A DNA stretch of 62,750 nucleotides, the filler included, from Reclinomonas americana ATCC 50394 (taxonomy: Eukaryota): assembly GCA_048213135.1 (NCBI GenBank). It is 4 parts of 2 records of this genome, joined end to end, with 100 filler letters (N's around TTAATTAATTAA, not from the genome) between each part and the next. Parts side by side here need not be neighbours in the genome. Positions count along the whole stretch, not along the records: positions 37,781 to 55,749 come from PS015059.1; positions 55,850 to 62,750 come from PS015059.1; 2 more parts are not named here. The stretch is one strand, 5' to 3'. Shown in pieces: positions 49,287 to 60,800 of the stretch. Every line of letters begins with the position of its first letter. Within the stretch, counting starts at the first letter, position 1. Made by a program: the position numbers and the translations under genes. The notes below the pieces were generated by a model. The model did not search any database, was not told the DNA's origin, and was given only the letters and a program-made list of their open reading frames with translations.

Positions 49287-50375
49287 ATGACCTCCCCCTC
49301 CCCTCCCCCCACCCTCCCCTCCAAGTGCCTCCAAGGGAACACCGGCTGGGCGCTCTCTTTATCCTTCACACCCGACGGCCATCACGTGGTGAGTGGGAGC
49401 AGTGATGGAATAGTGCGAGTGTGGTCACTGGCTGCCAGTGGCGAGGAGGCTCGACGACTGGAGGGACACACTAAACTTGTGGGGTCAGTCGCCGTCACTC
49501 CCGATAGTCAGCACGTGGTGAGTGGGAGTGATGACAAGACCGTGCGCGTGTGGTCACTGGCGAGTGGCGAAGAAGTGCGACGGTTGGAGGGACACGCAGA
49601 GAGGGTGCACGCGGTCGCCGTCACTCCCGATGGTCGGCACATTGTGAGCGTGTGTGCCAACTACGAAGTCCGAATGTGGTCACTGGCGGATGGCGAGGTG
49701 CACGTGGTGCGACGGTTGGAGTTGCAGTCCGGCGTTCTCACTTGCGACGGCCAGTTAATTGTGAGTGAAAGCGACGACGGAACAGTGTGCGTGTGGTCGT
49801 TGGCGAGTGGCGAAGAAGTGCGACGGGTGATGCGCTCGAGCAGAGCACTCTCCATCACGGTCACCCCCGATGGCCAGCAGTGCGCGAGCATAGGTGTCGG
49901 CACGAGTGTAAACGTGTGGTCACTGGCGAGTGGTGAAGATGTGCGACGGTTGGAGGGGCACACGGGTTGGCTGACAGTCATCGCCATTTCTGCTGATGGA
50001 CAGTACGTGGTGAGTGGCAGTCAAGACGCGACAGTGCGTGTATGGTCCATGGCGACGGGAGAAGAGGTGCGCCTATTGGAGGGACACACGGGTGCAGTAC
50101 TGTCGGTCGCCGTCACTGCCGATGGTCAGCACATTGCGAGCAGCAGTGTTGACGGCACTGTGCGCGTGTGGTCCACACCGTGCGGCCTCGCTCGGCAGGA
50201 GCTCGATTGTGCACGAGCGGCAATGCGCGCGATGCAGGAGATGCTGGAGGAGGAGGAAGAGGATGAGGAGGAGGATCGGCGTTGCCTGCCAGAGTTGGTA
50301 CTGCGGTGCTTCTTGGTCGAAGATGCAGAGGTTGTTCTTTATCGCCGCTCCACCGACGCCAGCCTCCGACTGTGA
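49287..50375 (+). CDS. WD40-tail family plus-strand copy C, 7 repeats, intronless
   Basis: Open frame MTSPSPPPTLPSKCLQGNTGW... collinear with copy B, including the shortened fourth repeat. Confidence 0.92.
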   Translation: MTSPSPPPTLPSKCLQGNTGWALSLSFTPDGHHVVSGSSDGIVRVWSLAASGEEARRLEGHTKLVGSVAVTPDSQHVVSGSDDKTVRVWSLASGEEVRRLEGHAERVHAVAVTPDGRHIVSVCANYEVRMWSLADGEVHVVRRLELQSGVLTCDGQLIVSESDDGTVCVWSLASGEEVRRVMRSSRALSITVTPDGQQCASIGVGTSVNVWSLASGEDVRRLEGHTGWLTVIAISADGQYVVSGSQDATVRVWSMATGEEVRLLEGHTGAVLSVAVTADGQHIASSSVDGTVRVWSTPCGLARQELDCARAAMRAMQEMLEEEEEDEEEDRRCLPELVLRCFLVEDAEVVLYRRSTDASLRL

Positions 50376-50641
50376 ATGTGGGGGTTTTCTCTTTGTTTGC
50401 TTTCTCGTTTCTACTTTACCTCTTGCGGTCCGTGTTTCCTCTCGCTGCGGAGATCGTTGTGCGATGTTTCTCGGTCGAGGAAGCAGAGGTCCGCCATCGC
50501 TGCTCCACTGACGCCAGCCTCCGGCTGTGAATGTGGGGGATTCTCTTTGTTTGCTCTCGTGTGGTACAGTACAAGTGCTCTTGTGTGCGCATGATATGAG
50601 TAGATTGCAGTTCTAGACTTGTACGAAGCTCTGAGAGCGAG

Positions 50642-50716
<75 letters not shown>

Positions 50717-50922
50717 GAAAACCTGCCGCTACTTACACATCATGACTGGTGTTCGTGTTGAAGATTTGGATACGGTTGAACTTGGCTATCAAGACAACTC
50801 TTGCTTGTTTGTTGGTGAATGACTTGTCGATGTAGAACACAGTGCTGCATGCAGAGTGTCTCATCACGCTTACTTTGTCGACGAATAGTCACTTTGTCGC
50901 CCGTGCACGCGTACGCGCACAC

Positions 50923-51010
50923 AATGGCCCCTTGGGCGCTTTCTTTATCCGTCACACCCGTGGTGCGTGGGAGCAGTGCAGTAGTCAGTGGCGAGGAGGT
51001 GCGACGAGTG
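50923..51010 (+). pseudogene. Short relic of the first WD40 repeat of copy C
   Basis: tgggcgctttctttatccgtcacacccg...cagtggcgaggaggtgcgacga (WALSLSVTP...SGEEVRR) resembles 49348-49458. Confidence 0.65.
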
Positions 51011-51099
51011 CCTATCTTCTCGTTGCGCAAAGATCTTGACCTGCAACCACCCTGCTTTGTATTTGTTGGCGCCATCTTTCTCACTCTCTTTGCAGAAAA

Positions 51100-51435
51100 T
51101 AAGTACAATTCATTCTGCGCGACGACACAAAGCGCCGCGCGCACACGAAACAAATAAAGGCACGAAAACCTGTACAGGCAGGCACCTGTACAACTCCATC
51201 TCTCCCTCCTCCTCCTCTCCTCCCCACCCTTTTTGCAGCAAAACAGTACAATTCATTCTGCGCGACGACACAAAGCGCCGCGCGCACACGAAACAAATAA
51301 AGGCACGAAAACCTGTACAGGCAGGCACCTGTACAACACCATCTCTCCCTCCTCCTCCTTCTCCTCCCCACCCTTTTTGCAGCAAAACAGTACAATTCAT
51401 TCTGCACGACGACACAAAGCGCCGCACGCGAAACA
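51100..51435. repeat. About 2.3 copies of a ~143 bp tandem repeat downstream of lectin gene 2
   Basis: gtacaattcattctgcgcgacgacacaaagcgccgc recurs at ~51102, ~51246 and ~51390. Confidence 0.9.
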
Positions 51436-51553
51436 AAAAAAGGCATCTCAAAACTATTGGTACACATATCCATCGCAAAACAAGCAGGCACAACGCGCCT
51501 CCTCTACAAACACCATCTCTCTCTCTCTCTTCCCTCCATTCTCCACCTCCGCC

Positions 51554-53778
51554 TTACACACAAATGTAATCCGTCTCGATCACGCGGAAAGCGTTGCACG
51601 AGCTGTTCTCAAAATCGGCCACCTCGGCCCAGCACGCAATCAGTCCCTGGCAGCGCTCCTGAATCTGCGGCGTCTTGTCGACCACAATGTTGCAGCCTTG
51701 GTTCGGCAGCGGTGTGTCGCACCCGTCCGACTGGTTGGCGGGGCGAATGCGTGCGCCCTGCACCATGATGCGACCCTTGTCGTGGCAATTCAAGTCCATC
51801 TTGAATCCTCCGCACGCGCGCACACTCTCCAGGTTGGCGTTGGGTGGCGGCGCAGGCGCTGGCACTGGTGGTGGTGGCGGCGGTGGTGGTGGTGGTGGCG
51901 GCGGTGTCGGCGGGGTCGGAGGCGGCGGAGTCGGCGTCGAGCCAGGCTGCTTGCAGGCGTAGTCGGCCTCCAGCACCAGTAGCGTGTTGCACGGGGTGGA
52001 GTCAAAGGCCGCAGTGTTGGTGGTGCACGAGGCCTTGCCCTGGCAGGCGACCTTGAGCGGGCCAGTCACGTCGAAAATGCCGCACACCAGCGGGAACTGC
52101 TGGAAGTTGGGGGGAATGACGCAATGGTCACCATTGTCGATCGGGTACGACTGTCCATTGGCGTACACCGCCAGCGGCTTGACGGGGCGCAGGCGACCGG
52201 CGTTGATGTCGATGACCGTGTTGGCTGGGCACTGAATGGCCAGCTGCGACGCGGCGCACGCGGCCACACGAGTGGTGCCGGCGGCGGGGTCGGGAATGCG
52301 AGGTAGCGCGTACGGCGGCGGGAACGGCACATTGGCGTACGGGAACGGCGGCTGGTAGGCACCACCGTTACCACCATAGGGCGGCAGCTGCGGCGGGAAG
52401 AACGGGTTGAACTGCGGTGGTGGTGGTGGTGGTGGTGACTGCGGCGGAGGCGGCGGGAAGGGGAACGGGGCACCACCAAAGTTGGATCCTTGCGGGACTG
52501 CGAGCGGAGAGTCAGCACTCGTGAATAATTAGGGAGACAGGGGGACAGGGAGAGAGACATCACGTACATGGTGGGCGCGCTGCCGGTGGGTACTGCGGTG
52601 CATTCGAAGGTCGACCATTCAGCTGCGAGGCAAACAACTGGCCGCCGAGGCGCGGGTACAGTTGACCACTGTGGAACGAGTGAGTGAGCATTGGTTGGTG
52701 CTTGCAAAACATGTGCGTTTGCGCCATCCAACGCAACTCATGACCAAGGACGCGACCAAAGGTCTGGCGCGGCGCGGCATCGCGGTCGTAGCTCGAGCGA
52801 TGGCGACGAGAGCGCGTACCGTGGCGGCGACCAGCGCGGCGCAGGTTGCCATGGCTCACGCGGCTAAAGCGACGCGGCTCATGCTGCAACTGGGGGCGCT
52901 CGTGGCTGTGGCTGTGACTGTGGCGGTGCTGACCGCGGCGATTGATCGGCTCGAAGCCAGTGTTGAGCAGGTGGTCGTCAGCGTCGTCATCGTCGTCATC
53001 GTCGTGGTGGTCATGGCGCTTGTGGTACTCGACCAGCGCCAAACGACGCAGCTCATCGTGGTGATGATAGTCGCCATCGTCGTCATCATCGTCATCGTCA
53101 CCGCCATCCCACTCAATCTCCAGCGCATGCGCACCATCGCACGGCGACGGCACATAGTCGACACCATACGGACGCGTCGGGTGCAAGTACGTCACCGGCA
53201 CCAAGGCCGCCGGGTACGCCACCGGCGACGCCGTGCACGTAAACAGCACCTCCAGCACAAAGGTCGGTGCACGACCGTAGCGCCCAGGCACCGAATCCAA
53301 GCACCGCTTGGCATGACCAAGCGTCTCCGTCGTCTGCACACAGTGGCGGCGGCCCTGGCAGTCCGAGCGCACACTGTTCAGCAGGTTGGTCGCACCACAT
53401 CGACCACGCGCGTGGTGATGGTGATGCTCGTCGTGACTGTCACCATGACTGCTGTGGTGGTGGTGGTGGCGCTTGTCACACTGATCGGATTTCTCCGCTG
53501 CGCGCCACTTGGCGCTGTTGATGTCAATGTAGGCGCCGCCCGTGCAGCGAATCGACACTGACGAGTCCTCGCAGGCGAGAATGCGAGAAAAGTTGTTCAC
53601 TGCGCGCGCGCGCGAAAAACACGAGTCAGCAAAGTGCGAAAAGGACAAGTCGCCGAATTGTGTGACACACACCTTGCCCGGTTCGCGCTGGCACATGTGA
53701 GTGTGCGCTTGCTGCGACGGCGGCAATGACAATCACCGCGAGCACGCAGACTGCCCACGCGCGTCGTGTGGCAGACAT
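51554..53778 (-). CDS. Secreted protein with three SUEL/Gal_lectin-like domains and His/Asp-rich and Pro-rich regions; paralogue of 42099-44289
   Basis: Exon 1 53778-53673 (MSATRRAWAVCVLAVIVIAAVAA signal peptide), exon 2 from 53599 (VNNFSRILACEDSSVSIRC...), two further short introns. The C-terminal two domains are highly similar to gene 1 (RACGGF.MDLNCH..G.I..QGARIRPA.QSDGC). Confidence 0.85.
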
Positions 53779-55603
53779 GCTTCTGTGTGTGTGTGTGGAG
53801 CAACTCAGTTTCGGAGAACGACAAAAAACCGAATGATCGGTGTGGTGGGAGAGAGAGAGATGCACAGAGAGAGAAAGAGTGGCGACCGTCACCAGAAGAA
53901 AGAGAGAGAGGGAAGAGGGAGGGAGGGAGAGAGGGGGAAGGGAGGAGGGGTGTGAAGTGCAAGTATTCTTTGCTCACCACAAGGCTAAAAATGAAATCGG
54001 ACAAACGAATGTCCCAGTTTTTGCGAAAACGAGTTTCGAGCGCATGCACGAAGCCTGTCCGGATCTGTGACGTCGCTCACGGTGGACCATCGCTGTAATT
54101 ACAGAATTTTTTCTTCTACCATGACTCTTCCGCTCCTTGTTCTTACGACGCCTCTTCTGCTTTGCTTGCTTCGAATTCACGGATCCGGACCGGTTCCCGG
54201 CTTTGCTTTGTTGTGCACTCATGACTGCAGGCAACTACGAGCGATGCGCAAGTGGCAAAACACGCACATGATCCTGCTGGCATATCAGCTTGTCGAATGC
54301 GATCGATATCTCAAACGTCGACCACCTGCACTCATCTGTGGCCTTTTCGCGAGATCGGATGTGCCGTACACGATCGCAGAAGACGCTATACGTCTGTATG
54401 CAAGTGTGTCAAATCCACTGTTCAACCATGCTGCATGCGGTGAAGATCGCAGTTCTCGACTTCTACGAAGCTCCGAGAGCGAACACGCACACACAAGCAG
54501 GTAACCTGCTGCTGCCCTCAAGACTGGTGTTCGTGTTGATCAGCAAGACAGCTGTTGCTTGCTTGTTGGTGAATGAACTGTTATTGTTCTCTCTCCCATT
54601 CAGTCATCATTTTTCTCGAATTCGATGTGCCGTGTACGATCGNNNNNNNNNNNNNNNNNNNNNNNNNNNNNNNNNNNNNNNNNNNNNNNNNNNNNNNNNN
54701 NNNNNNNNNNNNNNNNNNNNNNNNNNNNNNNNNNNNNNNNNNNNNNNNNNNNNNNNNNNNNNNNNNNNNNNNNNNNNNNNNNNNNNNNNNNNNNNNNNNN
54801 NNNNNNNNNNNNNNNNNNNNNNNNNNNNNNNNNNNNNNNNNNNNNNNNNNNNNNNNNNNNNNNNNNNNNNNNNNNNNNNNNNNNNNNNNNNNNNNNNNNN
54901 NNNNNNNNNNNNNNNNNNNNNNNNNNNNNNNNNNNNNNNNNNNNNNNNNNNNNNNNNNNNNNNNNNNNNNNNNNNNNNNNNNNNNNNNNNNNNNNNNNNN
55001 NNNNNNNNNNNNNNNNNNNNNNNNNNNNNNNNNNNNNNNNNNNNNNNNNNNNNNNNNNNNNNNNNNNNNNNNNNNNNNNNNNNNNNNNNNNNNNNNNNNN
55101 NNNNNNNNNNNNNNNNNNNNNNNNNNNNNNNNNNNNNNNNNNNNNNNNNNNNNNNNNNNNNNNNNNTTGTTGGTGAATGAATTGTTGTTGTCTCCGTATT
55201 TCTCTTGCTCCCCTCGTTAGTCTTCTTCTTCCCTTCGTCATCTTCCTCTTGCAGAATGAATCAGCATGTCGTGGATGCCACAATGGTGCCGCTCTGTTCA
55301 TATCTTCCCTCACGCGAGCACCGGGTACGCCGCAAGCACTCTATCCAACCCTTCCTTGAATTCGGGAGTCTGCAAGATTATCAACAACAGTGAGGAAACA
55401 GCCACGAACTCACAGGCTGCCTTCTCTTCCCTCACTGATTCTCCCTCCCTCTCTCACTCGTTCGGTCGCTCACGATTGCAAACAAACTCTCACTCACCCC
55501 CTTTCACTCACTCACGCATTCCCTAAACTTGCACTCATTCGTCACTGGTTTACGCACTCATTCTTACAAAATTATTGTCTCTGTCCCTCCATCTCTCTGT
55601 CTA

Positions 55604-55637
<34 letters not shown>

Positions 55638-55749
55638 GCACGCACTCCCTAACTTGTACTCTCCGTTGTTGGCTGACGAGCTTAAAATCGCTCTCACTCA
55701 CTCCCCAAACTTTCTCTCCTCCCCCCCCCCTCTCTCTCTCTCTCTCTCT

Positions 55750-55849
55750 NNNNNNNNNNNNNNNNNNNNNNNNNNNNNNNNNNNNNNNNNNNNTTAATTA
55801 ATTAANNNNNNNNNNNNNNNNNNNNNNNNNNNNNNNNNNNNNNNNNNNN
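55750..55849. other. Artificial scaffold linker
   Basis: N44-TTAATTAATTAA-N44. Confidence 0.97.
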
Positions 55850-56017
55850 CCTCTCCTCTCCCTCCCTCCTACCTACTCTCCTCCTCTCTCTCTCTCTCTC
55901 TCTCTCTCACGCACACTCACTCACTCACTCACTCACTCATTCACCACTTCCCCTCCCTCTCCACCGCCCTTTCCCTGTCCCCTCCCCCTCCCTCTCCCCC
56001 CTTCTCCCTTGACCCAC

Positions 56018-57809
56018 CTTGGTAATCAGCTTCAACAACGTCTTGCAGCACGCGCGACTGGCCACCGTCTGATAAAAGAACACCAACTGGTGGAACACGC
56101 GGCCCTTGCCACTCGCAAACACGCGAGTGTAAATGAGGTGCACTTGCATCAGCAGGTGCTTGTTGATAAAGGTGTCGATGAGCTTCTTCCAGCTCTTCTC
56201 GTACGACTTGCGCAGCGCCGTCTCTTCCTTCTTGCTCAGGTGGGCATCGCGCACCTCCAAACGCAGCACCTTGGCTACGTAGTGCAGCGCGTTCGCGCTG
56301 GCATGCGACGAGCGCCCAATCGACAGCAACTCGAGGAATGAGCCGAGCTGCTGCTGCACCTTGGCCAGCCACTTGATAAAGACGTAGCCGTGGCGCCGAA
56401 TCATCTGGTAAAACAGGCGCCAGCTCTGCGCATTGACCTCAATGGCCTCGGCGCTGGCCGGCTGCGCCGACGCACTCGGGCTGTCGCCACACGAGCGGCA
56501 CATGGAGAGCACGCGGGCGATAAAGTCGGGATTGCGGATGCTGGTCTGCAGCACGCTGCCGATTTTCAGCGTCTGGCGGAAGAACTTGAGCACATCTATG
56601 GAAGGAAAAGAGAGTTGGGTGAGTGGAGGAGGGAGATGGGAAGGTGTAGGAGAGCGGAAACGCAACTGAGTTTGATGGCCGTCGACACGTTGCCGTGCTG
56701 CGAGGCGAGAACGGCCAGAATGTGCACGACGTCTGCAGCGCACTTGGTTCAGTAAAAAGGAGAAACGCAAAGAGATAGGAGGATGGTGTGCGTACAGGCA
56801 AGCACTCTAAATCTGCAAAGAACTGACTCTCTCTCTTCTACATTCAACCTGAGATTCCAGATCGCAGTCTGGATACTCACACACAAGAACTCATTATCTC
56901 TCGCACACACATTTACATAGCGTGCACGCAAGGTAACGAATTCACGAAAACACAAAAAGGTTTTCTCTCTCCACGATATTTCTGAACTCGCACAGCCACA
57001 GGGCTACGAATGCATGAAGCACAATAATATGATCTCTCTATCTCTCTCTCTCTCTCTCTCTCTCCGCACGGACATTAACATCACAAGGGCGCAAGGCTAC
57101 GAGTGCTCGCAACACAAAACAAGGTCTCTCGCATTCTCTTTCCTCACTACTTCACAACGTCACTCTCCACTCATGAACACATCTTCCTGCACTGACGGAG
57201 GCTCTTTGTCCGCTCTCCCTCTTCTCTCGCTGCCCAGAGTCTTCCCGCACTCACGTAGACGAATGCACATAAAAGAATAACCGGAACTTTCTCTCTCCGT
57301 CGTGAGCTCACTAAAGTTCTTTGTCCCTTGTCCCTCTTCTCTCCCTCTCCCTCTGCAAACACGCACCAGTGTCCGACAACTCCACCGTCGGCAATCCCTG
57401 CGAGCAGCCAACAAGTGCCGGACCAGGACCACCATTGTTGACAAACTGAGGCAGAGGTCAGAATCGAAAAGAGCAACGAGACGAGAGTGCGCATCCACTC
57501 ACCGCTCCGCGCCATATTGGGCGTCCCAGTCCCTCCAGTAATCGCGACAGATATAGACAGCCCTGCCACGGAGAACAAGGGTGAGCAGTCAACAAGAAAT
57601 CGCAAAACGTAACACATGAAGGAGAGGAACAAAAACCTTCATCTTGTGCTCGCTCAACGGCTTCACCACACAGTGCTGGTACAGCTCGGCCAGAGCCAGA
57701 CTCACAAATCTGCCCGACAAGATGGCCTCGATGAAGCGACCCGCTGCGAAACAACAGAAAAATGTTCAGCAGGCGAACGCACACGCGATGCACAGACACA
57801 AGCGCGAGC

Positions 57810-57848
<39 letters not shown>

Positions 57849-60800
57849 CACAGACAAGTGACAGCAGCACACACCATCGTCGGTGTACGGCGGCAGCAGC
57901 GCATCGTACAACATGTCGCACACAACCAGAGCGTACACACACTTGGCGCGCGGTGGTCCCTCCACATCGCCCATCATGGATCGCACGAGCAGCGGCGCCT
58001 GCCCGTGTATTCTCAACACTTGCGAATACAGGGTATCGCTCGCCGCCATGTGGTGCAGCAGTGCACGTTGAAGGCCCTGTTGCAGGAGAAGAGAGGCGGG
58101 TGATAAAAGTTAGCGAATATGTGAGAGGAAAAACTCTGCATGAAATAAAAAAGGTAGAGTGCAGGAGGAGTAGCTTGCAAGGCCGCATCTCCTGCCACCC
58201 TTCCCCTGCGCGAGCGCTCACTTCAACATGTGTACATGAGAAGCACCTCCTCGTGCGCTCACAGAAACATGTGAATGCTTGTTGATTGCTCGTCTATCCA
58301 TCCCATCCCGCTGTGTTCTCGCAGTGCATGTGAGAGGAACTTGCTGACTTTCTCCTCTCACTCTCTCTCTCTCTCTCTCTCTTACTTGTCGCGAACCCTA
58401 GTTCACACAGAATGAGTACGTCTGCGCGGGAGTAAGAGTTGCAGCAACCACACACGCAGAGGCAGACAAGAGTACGCAAAATAGAGAGAAGCAATCATTC
58501 TTCGCCCTCTTTCCTATTTCCCTCGCCCCTCCCCACTTCCTCTCTCTTTCGTATCATCACCTGAATGTGCGAAAACTTGCGATCGCCCATTCTGTTGAGG
58601 CGCTCCAAACACACACCGGCAAAGGCGCGATCCCGTGTCTGCATGCCAAATGAGAGGAATGAGTGCACTTCTACAAATCAGAAATTGCCTTTTCCTATCG
58701 ACAAACCAGAGCAGTCGCACAATGCCGAATGACAACGGTGGTGGCCAGCGTGCAGATGCGCGCCAAGTAGCAGTGCTTGTGCTGACACCCGTCCCACAGC
58801 CACTCTGTGGCGATTTGCGAATGCGTGGCCACCAGCTCGTTCAGCTCGCGAATGACAGCCTGCACTGACAAGTCAGCAACACGCCTCCATCACCCCCCCT
58901 TCTCCCTGCTCCATCCCACGCACCGTCAGTTGACTTTGCACGAGTGGGTGGGAGCACGGGAATGCCGACACGCCGTCGGCCATCGTGGCCAACATGCCCT
59001 CCATGCACGTCACCAGCACGGCCAGTCGCACCACAGTGGCACAGTGTGGCGAGTACAACTGCGCGCGGTTTCTTCAGCAGGAGCGAAACAACAACAATAA
59101 CAAGAAGAAGAAGAAGGAGGAGGACAAGGAGGAGGAAAGAAGAAGAAGACGAAAAATGACGGTAGACTGGAAGCAGAACAACAACAACAACAACAACAAC
59201 AAACAACAATAACAAGAAGAAGAAGAAGAAGAAGAAGAAGAAGAAGAAGAAGAAGAAGAAGAAGAAGAAGAAGACGAAGAAGAAGACAAACAGCATACAG
59301 TCTTTAACCTCCTTCCCCGTTCTTAACATCTCCACTCGCCTCTCAATAATCCCCATTCCTTCCCTTCGCTCACTTCCCTTCACCTCCCTCCTCTCTGCTC
59401 GCAACTCTACCTTCCCTGGCAACTCACAACAAGAGCACTTCGCGCACTCTGACCTTCTCCTCCCTTCACTTCTCCACAACTGTGCTCTCCTCTCCTTCTT
59501 TCCCTTGCCTTCCCAGCTCTCTCTCTCTCTCTCTGTGCTCGCAACTCTGCCTTCCCTGGCATCTCACAACAACAACACGCAGGAATTCCTTCTTTCTATT
59601 CTCTCTCTCGATATCCTATCCTCTTCCACACCTTTCACTCTCCACACTCCTATCGCAGCATCCATACGCCTTCTCCATCTTCCTCTTTCCTTCCCCAATA
59701 TGAACAACATGTCTGTACTATTTCCTGCAATCCCTTCTTCTCTTTTGCATCATGAATTCTCTCCAAATTTCTACTCTCAACTTCTAAGCTCATACAACAG
59801 CACGTAGCCCCTCCTCTCTAAACCTCTCTCTACGTCTCCACAACTGTGCTCTCCTCTGCTACTCTTCCATCGCTTCCGAAGTACCAACAGAAAGATACAT
59901 CCATCCTTTCCAGCTCCTCTTTTTCCTTTTCTCATCCCCCTCCCTTCCCCTCTATCCTCCCTTTCCCCAAGCCGCACCCTTCCAATGAGCTCCTCCAGGT
60001 GCGCATACTTGTTGTAGCGCACAATCGACGGCCGCACATTGTCCCAGAACGTCACGTGGCCGGCCAAATCACACGCCGACACCGCATCACGCTTCGACAG
60101 CACATATGTCAAGCCGTACTGTGCCACACCGGCGCGCAGATAGCACTGGCCAATCAGGTACGACAGTTTCGAATGCGCCAGCAAGCTCGGCGGCTCGCGT
60201 CCACACTCCAGCAGCACGGCGAGACCCGAGCCGCGCTCACCCGTGTCGGCGCCGTACGCATCGAGTGAGGCCACCAGCAAGTGGTATGTCAGCACTTCAC
60301 CGCTCTCGCCGCTCACATCAAACTGTGGATGAGGAACAGGTGGTGAGCATAAGAGATTGGATCGTGTCACACAGACAGGATTCCGAACCGGTTCCACACC
60401 GCCGGCAAAGATCGGCAGCTGGCCGACGTACCACTCCACCGGTTGGATGAGCCAGTCAATCTGCGGAGATGGCGATGAGATCACAGGAACTGCAGGTCGT
60501 TGTGTGAAGCACACAAGAGATACACACCAGCATCTGCAACGGCAGCGTGTTGGAGACAACCAGCGAGTAGACCTCGGGCGGCGTGAGCGGAATGCGCAGC
60601 AGCGATAGCGACTTGCTGAGTGTGGCGAGCTCGGTGGCGTACTCCTGCGCAGTTGCGATGGTTTGAGTCAACGAGAGAGCAAAGACTCACACGTCGTTGC
60701 CTCCAACCTCGGTGGGCGGCTCCTCCAGCGGCATGTACGGCTGCATGCTGGAATATGCTCCAGTCATGCCATAAAAGCCGAGTCGGGCCTCCAGTTGGTA

